Source: Aureispira sp.
GTDB taxonomy: Bacteria > Bacteroidota > Bacteroidia > Chitinophagales > Saprospiraceae
Assembly (NCBI GenBank): GCA_050633105.1
Contig: JBOEFW010000016.1
Span: 160,195-224,194, forward strand
DNA: 64,000 nucleotides
Direction of reading: 5' to 3'
The notes under the pieces were generated by a model. It saw only the letters and a list, made by a program, of their open reading frames with translations, searched no databases and was not told the DNA's origin. A program made the translations under genes and the position numbers. Shown here piece by piece: positions 56,854-64,000 of the stretch (its first letter is position 1; each line of letters opens with the position of its first letter).

Positions 56854-58542
56854 ATGAAAAGTTATTCAGACAACATGAATGAAATTTCTAACGATGTTTT
56901 ATTTGATGGTTTATTAGGACATGGTCTTTTCGCTAAAAAAATTCCTAACTTCCTTTCCAGTGAACTGTTTTTACATTATTTCAAAGAAGCATATATAAAA
57001 CCTGAAAAACTATTAGATATTTCTCCTTCTCCTAAAGGATACATAAGGTATAATAATATGAGAAATAATAGCACACCTCGTCCTTTAGCTATTCCTGAGC
57101 CCTTTGCTTATGCTCTTTTATCCTATACATTAAAAGAGAATTGGCAAAAGTTGCAGATTCACTTTAACACGATGACTCTCAACAATTCTCACAAAATAAG
57201 TAGAATACATGTAAGAAATAAAAAAGCTCAGAAAGCTATTTTTGAAATGAACTATAAAAATTTTGATTTAGATGGAAATCCAGTAGATGATATTATCATA
57301 GGCAAAAGGTACCAAGTAAATGCAGATATTTCAAAATGTTTTCCTAGTATATATTCTCATGCTACTTCTTGGGCACTCGAAGGAAAATCTAATGCTAAAA
57401 ATAATATTAATAAAAAAGAAGAATGGTATAATAAAATTGATTTCAGTACAAGAAATATCAAATACGGAGAAACTAACGGATTATTAATTGGACCTCATGC
57501 TTCTAACCTTTTATCTGAAATAATACTAACTAGAGTAGATAAGGAACTAAGTGATCAAAAATTCCAATACATAAGAAACATAGATGATTATACGTGCTAT
57601 GTCAGTTCTTATGGAGAAGCTGAAAAATTCCTCCTCACATTATCAAAAGAGCTATCTAAATATGAATTGTCTCTGAATCATAAAAAGTCTGAGATAAAAA
57701 AACTCCCAACTGAAAGTGAAGCATCCTGGGCTAATCAATTAAGAAGATATATAAACCATGAAATAAGTTATTTTTTTACTAAAAAAATAATTGAAAAAAA
57801 ACACATTTCAATAAAAAAAATAAATACAATTGAAATTAAAATGTTTTTAGATTTCGTAGTCTCTTTAACTAAAAAGAACAATCAAAACGTATCTATAATC
57901 AACTATGCCATTAAAACGCTATCTAACAAAGAGTTAAGCCACAATGCTCAGATATACTTACTAAAAAAAATTCATCATTTAGTCTTACTTTATCCTTATC
58001 TATGTTCTATTTTGGAAAAACATCTATTTGATGCACATAAAGTAGATCCTTCTTATATAATTCCAATAGCAAAAGATTTATATAAAGAAGGCATCAACAA
58101 CAACAATTATGAAGCATGTTCTTATTCTATATACTGGTCATTGAAATATGGAATTCAATTTGATAATGGATATATAGACCCTTCTAAAAATAACAATACT
58201 TCAGCCTTTTCATATTATTTCAAAGAAGATGCTATTAAATCAGAAGATTGCATATTCCTATTACTTGCATTTTTATATGACAAAAGGCATAAAATACCTG
58301 ACAGACCTAGCTATCAAAAAGAATATAGACAATGTGCTAACCATCTCAAAAAAAATGATTTTGATAAATACTGGCTATTCATCTATGAAGTTCTTTCTGC
58401 TGATTCTCTCCCATTTTTATATAAAAAAATGAAAAACGAAAAAATTTCCTTCGTAGAAGAGCAATTTAATACTACTCCACACGCCCACAATAAGCCACAC
58501 GCAATGCCAACAATTCCTCCTTCAAACGCAGACGAAACTTAG
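56854..58542 (+). CDS. stand-alone reverse transcriptase with helical C-terminal extension (AbiA- or UG/Abi-like defence RT candidate)
   Basis: The RT motifs occur in order:
- RPLAIPEP (aa 76-83)
- motif A: NADISKCFPSIY (D158)
- motif B: GLLIGPHASNLLSE
- motif C: IRNIDDY (D244, D245; nt 57583-57588)
- motif D/E: LSLNHKKSE

A helical tail of about 250 aa follows, containing RQCANH (aa 492-497). No endonuclease or maturase domain is present. The gene is extremely AT-rich compared with both flanks. Confidence 0.8.
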   Translation: MKSYSDNMNEISNDVLFDGLLGHGLFAKKIPNFLSSELFLHYFKEAYIKPEKLLDISPSPKGYIRYNNMRNNSTPRPLAIPEPFAYALLSYTLKENWQKLQIHFNTMTLNNSHKISRIHVRNKKAQKAIFEMNYKNFDLDGNPVDDIIIGKRYQVNADISKCFPSIYSHATSWALEGKSNAKNNINKKEEWYNKIDFSTRNIKYGETNGLLIGPHASNLLSEIILTRVDKELSDQKFQYIRNIDDYTCYVSSYGEAEKFLLTLSKELSKYELSLNHKKSEIKKLPTESEASWANQLRRYINHEISYFFTKKIIEKKHISIKKINTIEIKMFLDFVVSLTKKNNQNVSIINYAIKTLSNKELSHNAQIYLLKKIHHLVLLYPYLCSILEKHLFDAHKVDPSYIIPIAKDLYKEGINNNNYEACSYSIYWSLKYGIQFDNGYIDPSKNNNTSAFSYYFKEDAIKSEDCIFLLLAFLYDKRHKIPDRPSYQKEYRQCANHLKKNDFDKYWLFIYEVLSADSLPFLYKKMKNEKISFVEEQFNTTPHAHNKPHAMPTIPPSNADET

Positions 58543-59512
58543 CTTTTTCGGCAGCATCTAACGCTTCACAACAAGCATCTAATTGCCCTAACTCTGCATA
58601 ACAAACGGCCATGTTTTTATAGGCATACGCATTGTCTTCATCCAATTCAATGGAGCGCTCGGCTGCTTCTAAGGCCATTTGGTATTCTTTTTCTTCTATT
58701 AATAACGACGCCTTGTTGTTATAAGCATACGCATACTCAGGGTTGGCCACAATCACTTTCTCAAAATACTCCATGGCTTTGGGGTAATTTTTAGTATTGA
58801 GGTAAATAAAGCCCATGTTATTCAGCATGTCTATGTTGTCAGGAAAAATAGCTAGCATTTTATGACCATAGTATAAGGCCTTTTCAGTATTTCCTACCAA
58901 ACTATAGAGATTGGACACAATTGGATAACTTGCGTTGTAATTAGAATCCAAGGTCAACACTTGTTCATGATAGTTAATGGCAATATCAATTAAGCCCTCA
59001 CTTTCTGCCACAGCACCTAGACTGTATAAAGCTTTTACATTGGTAGAATCCAAGGCTAGTGTTTCTTTAGCATACTTTAAAGCCGCAGGCATATTGTCCT
59101 GCTGCACATAACTGCTACTTAACGCCGCTTTGACTTGAGCTGGTTGCTTAGTAGTGGCCAAGACCGCTTCTAAATGTTCGATGGCAATTTGAGCGTTCTG
59201 TTCTTCTTCTTCATACAGTATTCCTAAATCTTGGTGGGCTATACTTTCATCAGGAGATAAGAGCAAAATTTGCTCATAAGATTCGATCGCACGCTTTATA
59301 TTTCCTTGTTCTCTATAAATTACAGCTAGGTTATAATACGTTGTAATGTTATTACTATCTAAAGCCAACGCTTTTTGATTCAAAGTAATCGCTTCTTCAT
59401 AATTTTCCGCTTCATAGGCTTCCCTAGCAGCAGCGCTCTGCTTTTCTACTTTATCTTGGCAAGCAGCCAATAATAAACAACAACAGCCTATTAACACTAG
59501 ATTTTTTTTCAT
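58472..59512 (-). CDS. TPR-repeat lipoprotein
   Basis: Lipobox LLLAACQD followed by about 8 TPR units (AYYNLAVIYREQGN, and others). Confidence 0.8.
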   Translation of the reverse strand: MKKNLVLIGCCCLLLAACQDKVEKQSAAAREAYEAENYEEAITLNQKALALDSNNITTYYNLAVIYREQGNIKRAIESYEQILLLSPDESIAHQDLGILYEEEEQNAQIAIEHLEAVLATTKQPAQVKAALSSSYVQQDNMPAALKYAKETLALDSTNVKALYSLGAVAESEGLIDIAINYHEQVLTLDSNYNASYPIVSNLYSLVGNTEKALYYGHKMLAIFPDNIDMLNNMGFIYLNTKNYPKAMEYFEKVIVANPEYAYAYNNKASLLIEEKEYQMALEAAERSIELDEDNAYAYKNMAVCYAELGQLDACCEALDAAEKAKFRLRLKEELLALRVAYCGRVE

Positions 59513-59607
59513 CCCTTGATTTTTTGTTGATTCTGGTCAAAGGTACGGCATCTCCGTCCTAAACTATTCTTGGTGGTTTTATTTTTTTGTTATTATTCAG
59601 CCATTCT

Positions 59608-61245
59608 TTAGGTTAAATACTTTCCTACAATTGGCATTCTTCTTCCCATTCCAAATGCCTTGGGCGAAACCCTCAAAATCGGCGCTACTTGGACCCGTTT
59701 AAATTCCGTTCTATTAACCATTCCTAGGACTCGATGAACCAACGCCGCCTCAAACCCTTGTTCTATGATTTCCTTAGGCCCTTGACGTTTTTCTATGTAT
59801 TGGTATAAGATAGCATCCAGAACATCGTAATCAGGTAAGCTATCCGAATCAAATTGATCGGGCCGTAATTCAGCAGAAGGAGGTTTGGTAATAATGTTCT
59901 CAGGCATGATTTCGCTATCTTTATTCATATAGCGCGCCAATTCGTATACTTCTGTCTTGTAGACATCTGCAATGACGGAAAGACCACCTGCCATATCTCC
60001 ATATAAGGTGCCATAACCAACAGCCGCTTCGCTTTTATTAGAAGTATTCAGTAGAATATTACCAAACTTATTCGAAAAAGCCATGAGTAACATCCCACGA
60101 ATACGGGCTTGAAGATTTTCTTCTGTTACATTAAATTCTAAGCCTGCAAAATGGGGGTTTAAGATCTGTTCATAGGATTGATAAACCGATTCTATTGGAA
60201 TAATATCATACTGGATATTGAGGTTCTCGGCCAATTGTCGGGCATCATTGATCGAGTGATCCGATGAAAATTGAGAGGGCATTAAAATTACCCGTACATT
60301 TCCTGCGCCTAAGGCACGTTGTGCCAACACGGCAACAACCGCAGAATCAATCCCTCCTGATAAGCCCAAGATAGCTTTTTTCAAACCCAGCTTACCAAAA
60401 TAATCACGAATCCCTGTCACCAAACCATCGTGAATCAAACGCATTTTATGTTTCTCTTGGAGGCGTTCTACACCTCCTTCTACCACTGTATCCAAGTCAT
60501 AAACTCTTATGTCTTCTTCAAAATAGGGCAATTCATCATGGACCTTTCCATCAGGAGACATAACGATCGAACCTCCATCAAAAATAACCTCTGTTTGAGC
60601 GCCCACATGATTCACATAGAACATGGCTTTGCCATACAAGCGTACATTTTCTTGAAGGACATGGATACGATTGTGGGCATGTCCATAGTTGAAGGGAGAG
60701 GCGGACAAATTGAGCACAAAATCAGGTTCCTGACTCGCCAATTCATCCAAAGGACAGATGGTATACAGTGGGTTTTCATTGCCTACATTCCAAATATCTT
60801 CACAAACGGTTAGGGCTATTTTTTTCCCCTTGTATTCCACTACCTTGAATTCTTTTGCCGGTTCAAAGTAGCGATACTCATCAAAAATATCATAAGTGGG
60901 CAACAAGGCCTTGTGTTGAATTTGTTGAATGGCGCCATCTGCTAAGAAATAAGCAGAATTATACAAATCCTTTCCCTCCACCACAGGATTGCGGCAAGGT
61001 GCACCAACCACAATAGCAATATCTTGAGCGGCTGCCGCGAGACTAGCAATAACGGCCTCACTTCGGCGAATAAAGTCATCAAATTCTAAAAAATCACGCG
61101 GCGGATAGCCTGTGACAGCCAATTCTCCAAAGACAACAATATCTGCACCTTGTGCTTTGGCTTTACTGGTCGCTTCCAGCATTTTTTGTAAGTTTCCGTC
61201 AAAATTTCCAATGTGGTAATTGAGCTGTGCGATTGCTATTTTCAT
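59608..61245 (-). CDS. nadE: glutamine-dependent NAD+ synthetase
   Basis: N-terminal CN-hydrolase domain (catalytic Cys in LTVCEDIW) and a C-terminal NAD synthetase PP-loop (LSGGIDS). Confidence 0.95.
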   Translation of the reverse strand: MKIAIAQLNYHIGNFDGNLQKMLEATSKAKAQGADIVVFGELAVTGYPPRDFLEFDDFIRRSEAVIASLAAAAQDIAIVVGAPCRNPVVEGKDLYNSAYFLADGAIQQIQHKALLPTYDIFDEYRYFEPAKEFKVVEYKGKKIALTVCEDIWNVGNENPLYTICPLDELASQEPDFVLNLSASPFNYGHAHNRIHVLQENVRLYGKAMFYVNHVGAQTEVIFDGGSIVMSPDGKVHDELPYFEEDIRVYDLDTVVEGGVERLQEKHKMRLIHDGLVTGIRDYFGKLGLKKAILGLSGGIDSAVVAVLAQRALGAGNVRVILMPSQFSSDHSINDARQLAENLNIQYDIIPIESVYQSYEQILNPHFAGLEFNVTEENLQARIRGMLLMAFSNKFGNILLNTSNKSEAAVGYGTLYGDMAGGLSVIADVYKTEVYELARYMNKDSEIMPENIITKPPSAELRPDQFDSDSLPDYDVLDAILYQYIEKRQGPKEIIEQGFEAALVHRVLGMVNRTEFKRVQVAPILRVSPKAFGMGRRMPIVGKYLT

Positions 61246-61282
61246 TGTTGTAATGCTGTTTTATATAGTGTGTAGGCTATTT

Positions 61283-62125
61283 TTATAGCGCTTCTATTTC
61301 TTCTTGGCTTAGACCTGTGATTTCTATGATGAAAGCGGGATCCATTCCCTTTGCTTTTAGTTTTTGGGCTGTTTTTAGCTTTTCTTCCGTCCTCCCTCTA
61401 ATAACCCCTTTTTGTTCTCCCTCTTCTAAATGAGTTTCTATTACATTTTGCATATCTCTGTAATACTTCAAACTACTTTCATAACTCTTACGCTCCTCTA
61501 TATTCATATTCGCCAAGGCGGCAGAATGGAACAATTTTTCAAAAACAGGTTCTTTGAGAGGATCGGGCATTTCTTTTAAGCTTTGCAAATGCCGCAAGAC
61601 ATACAGCCATTTATCCTGCTGAGAAATCAGTTCAGCAGGTTCCTTTTTGAACTTTGGCAATTCAATGTACACAAAATGCAGTTTATCATAAAAGGTTGCT
61701 CCTTTTTGATCTTTGAGGGATACATAGTGGATGAAGTCATCTTCTTTTTCTTTCTTATCAAAGACAAAATCAAGAATACCAACCAAATAAACAGCATCTA
61801 ATTTAAAATTCCAGGCACTGGTTTTCGCTTGTTCTTGAATAGGAAAGGTCGCATAAAACACACTTCTATCCTTAAAAAAGTTCTGCTTGGCTTTTTGCAT
61901 TTCTACAATAAACCGCTCCCCTGTTTCGCTCACACAGTACAAATCAAACACGGCTCTTCGATCGACTAAGGTATTTCCTAAATGCTCATTCGTAGCATAG
62001 GTCAAATCTTTGATTTTCTTATCTAGGATTTGATTGAGAAAATCAATTAAGAGCTCTTTATTCGGTTCTGTCCCAAAGAGTTTCTTAAAGCCAAAATCTG
62101 TTAGAGGATTGATGTAACTTTCCAT
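61283..62125 (-). CDS. Rpn-family PD-(D/E)XK recombination-promoting nuclease / putative transposase
   Basis: N-terminal INPLTDFGFKKLFG, then DLYCVSETGERFIVEMQK (the D...E-x-K core) and a C-terminal helical repeat region. The ATG at 62125 is preferred to 62158. Confidence 0.7.
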   Translation of the reverse strand: MESYINPLTDFGFKKLFGTEPNKELLIDFLNQILDKKIKDLTYATNEHLGNTLVDRRAVFDLYCVSETGERFIVEMQKAKQNFFKDRSVFYATFPIQEQAKTSAWNFKLDAVYLVGILDFVFDKKEKEDDFIHYVSLKDQKGATFYDKLHFVYIELPKFKKEPAELISQQDKWLYVLRHLQSLKEMPDPLKEPVFEKLFHSAALANMNIEERKSYESSLKYYRDMQNVIETHLEEGEQKGVIRGRTEEKLKTAQKLKAKGMDPAFIIEITGLSQEEIEAL

Positions 62126-62329
62126 AATGTAGTGGTTGTATGACGGTCTTGTTAGCACAACAAAAAAAGCAAGCTGATAATTCCTGTTTTATGAGTAATT
62201 AAACGCCTCTTTTATAATAAGCTTTTTAGCTTAGCTGAGCCTTTAGGTACTTGCCCTAAAGCTGCCGAGTAAGACTCAACTAATATAAGACATTCCCTTC
62301 CCATAACGCTTTATTTAGCGAGGAACTTT

Positions 62330-62377
62330 TATCAAAAAAACAAAAACTGCTCCTCTAATTTCTTGGAGAAGCAGTTT
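62330..62377 (-). terminator. Rho-independent terminator of the 62403-63494 gene
   Basis: On the minus strand: 12-bp stem with one mismatch (aaactgcttctc / gaggagcagttt), followed by ttttgttttttt. Confidence 0.7.
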
Positions 62378-62402
62378 CTTTACTTTTGATGTTCATGGTA
62401 CT

Positions 62403-63494
62403 TTACCTTTCTAGCAACGCCAACATTTTTAACGCCATGGCATGCGCTGATGCAGGGTTTTGCCCTGTGATTAATCGGCCATCTACTACTACATTCTTTT
62501 GCCAATTCTCCGCCTCTGAAAAGACAGCTCCTCGTTCCCGCAAAGCAGATTCCAACAAAAAAGGCACTTGCTTTGTTTGACGGGCAGCCTGTTCTTCTTC
62601 ATCAGTAAACGAAGTCATTTTCTTGCCCTTAACCAAGTACTCACCATTACTCAACTGTACATTCACCAATCCTGAAGGACCATGACAAACAGCGGCTACA
62701 ATTCCATCTTGCTCATAAATCGTTTTAGTCAACTCATTAAGCGCAGTATTGTTAGGCAAATCCCACATGGTACCATGACCGCCAACATAATAGATCGCAG
62801 CATAATCCTTAGCAGCAACTTCCTTTGGTGTTAATTGGTGGGTTAGTTTGTAATAGGCCGTAGAATTCTGTACAAACCAACTGGTCATTGGATCATTAAT
62901 ATCCACTCCATACATATAGGTTTGGCCTCCTTTAGGGCTTACAAAATCAATTTCATAACCTGCTTCCTGCAAGGGCTTATACACATGGCTCACTTCCCCT
63001 AAATGCAAGCCTGTTTTGCGGTCGCTAGTTCCCATTTTCTCATGGCTGGTTACTACAAATAAGATTTTCTTTTGATCCAACGGCTTTTTTGAGAAGGTTT
63101 TGACTGCAATTTTCCAAGTCTCTCCTTCTTTAAGAAGATTGATGTAGTCTACAAATTTTCTAGTAGAATATTCGATTTCTATTTTAGCAATGGCGGCATT
63201 TCCTTCAATATCTATGGCAATAATTCTCGCTTTACAATCCTGTGTTTTTCCTGGCTGGACACGGCTAATATAATCCGCTGATGTCCACAAATGCACGGTT
63301 CCTTTTTTGATGTATCGAAGATCGGCTTGTGGATGAAAAGCTCGTTCTAACAACGCTTTGTCTCCTGTGTTTCGGCCATTAATATAAGCCCACAAAGCTT
63401 CCTCTACTTGGGCTTGTTCTGTCGGAATAGTCTGCGCAATACAAAGGTTGGTGCTTAACAATACAAAAGCTAGAAAACAATAAATGGTTGGCAT
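62403..63494 (-). CDS. secreted fusion protein: NTF2-like (lumazine-binding-type) domain plus DJ-1/PfpI class I glutamine amidotransferase-like domain
   Basis: Signal peptide, then an N-terminal NTF2-like pattern (ALWAYINGRNTGD...ETWKIAVKTF). The C-terminal DJ-1/PfpI nucleophile elbow is AAVCHGP. Confidence 0.65.
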   Translation of the reverse strand: MPTIYCFLAFVLLSTNLCIAQTIPTEQAQVEEALWAYINGRNTGDKALLERAFHPQADLRYIKKGTVHLWTSADYISRVQPGKTQDCKARIIAIDIEGNAAIAKIEIEYSTRKFVDYINLLKEGETWKIAVKTFSKKPLDQKKILFVVTSHEKMGTSDRKTGLHLGEVSHVYKPLQEAGYEIDFVSPKGGQTYMYGVDINDPMTSWFVQNSTAYYKLTHQLTPKEVAAKDYAAIYYVGGHGTMWDLPNNTALNELTKTIYEQDGIVAAVCHGPSGLVNVQLSNGEYLVKGKKMTSFTDEEEQAARQTKQVPFLLESALRERGAVFSEAENWQKNVVVDGRLITGQNPASAHAMALKMLALLER

Positions 63495-63592
63495 GTCAGT
63501 TGTTTTAAATGGTCAATAATAAAACACAAAACTGACGGAAAGCAAACTTTTTTCCTAACACAATCATGATATTGGGAGACTAACGTACCACT

Positions 63593-64000
63593 TTAGAAGC
63601 GTTTTCTATAGGATATTGCTGTTTCACCTACCACTTTCTTAAAATGATTATTAAAAGAAGACAAGCTATTAAAACCGCTTTCATAAGCAATCGCTGCTAT
63701 TTTATAATGATCATACGTGGTATCTTGTAATAACCGCTGTGCTTCTTCTACTCGAAGCTGAGCAATGTAGTTGGAATAATTTTGACCACGACTTTGATTG
63801 ATGACCTGAGAAATATCTTTTCGAGTCAATCCTAGTTGTTCACTTAATTTAACCAAAGTCAACTCAGGGTTTAAATAGGCTTTCTCTTTTTCCAAATAGG
63901 TTTCTATTTGTTGTAAATACTCTTCTACGGTCCTTTGGTCTAAGGTAGAGTTCGCATATTTCAAAGGTAAATCTTTTGCTACTTTTTTATTAGATTTCTT
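63593..64000 (-). CDS. AraC-type HTH regulator, N-terminus beyond window edge
   Basis: AraC double HTH (LTLVKLSEQLGLTRKDISQVIN, ESGFNSLSSFNNHFKK). The track start at 63964 is TTG and the frame stays open to position 64000, so the gene probably continues outside the window. Confidence 0.7.
   Translation of the reverse strand, partial: KKSNKKVAKDLPLKYANSTLDQRTVEEYLQQIETYLEKEKAYLNPELTLVKLSEQLGLTRKDISQVINQSRGQNYSNYIAQLRVEEAQRLLQDTTYDHYKIAAIAYESGFNSLSSFNNHFKKVVGETAISYRKRF

Noticed and set aside
1-64000. Looked for CRISPR arrays, rRNA, IS elements with terminal inverted repeats, and integrases.
   Set aside because: I saw no regularly spaced direct repeats, no rRNA-like conserved stretches, and no DDE transposase or tyrosine/serine recombinase ORFs. 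The only mobile-type gene is the Rpn-family nuclease.

Overview
The window looks like an AT-rich chromosomal segment from a Bacteroidota-type bacterium. That assignment is inference from gene content: a MoxR/DUF58/BatA/BatB aerotolerance-type cluster, Rho with a long charged N-terminal insertion, a dut/TPR/DUF4292 neighbourhood, many lipoproteins, and TAnnTTTG-like -7 boxes. No rRNA, tRNA, CRISPR array or transposase was seen.

Most of the window is housekeeping:
- ribD, serS and rho
- a complete elongasome cluster, mreB-mreC-mreD-mrdA-rodA
- a polyprenyl diphosphate synthase
- a TetR-controlled TolC/MFP/RND efflux operon
- dut and a sugar nucleotidyltransferase
- an AraC/aldehyde dehydrogenase/DUF779 unit
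- OsmC, a pseudouridine synthase and nadE

Three stretches look accessory:
1. About 10.9-18.7 kb, between rho and rodA. It holds gene fragments, a three-member tandem lipoprotein family, a large multidomain HEPN (Rx4H) protein at 16561-18117 and a convergent YkuK/DUF458 RNase H-like gene.
2. 27.3-29.5 kb. This is an orphan CI/LexA-like S24 repressor followed by a stand-alone S24 domain, flanked by ORF-free structured DNA.
3. 56.8-58.5 kb. This is a very AT-rich single-gene insertion encoding a stand-alone reverse transcriptase with a helical C-terminal extension carrying an Rx4H motif. It resembles AbiA or UG/Abi defence RTs, and its reading frame runs antisense into the neighbouring TPR gene.

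The RT insertion and the HEPN protein are my best candidates for an uncharacterised, probably anti-phage, system. Neither can be classified without HMM or structure searches, which I could not run. All functional calls come from reading motifs in the supplied translations. GC statements are by eye, not computed.
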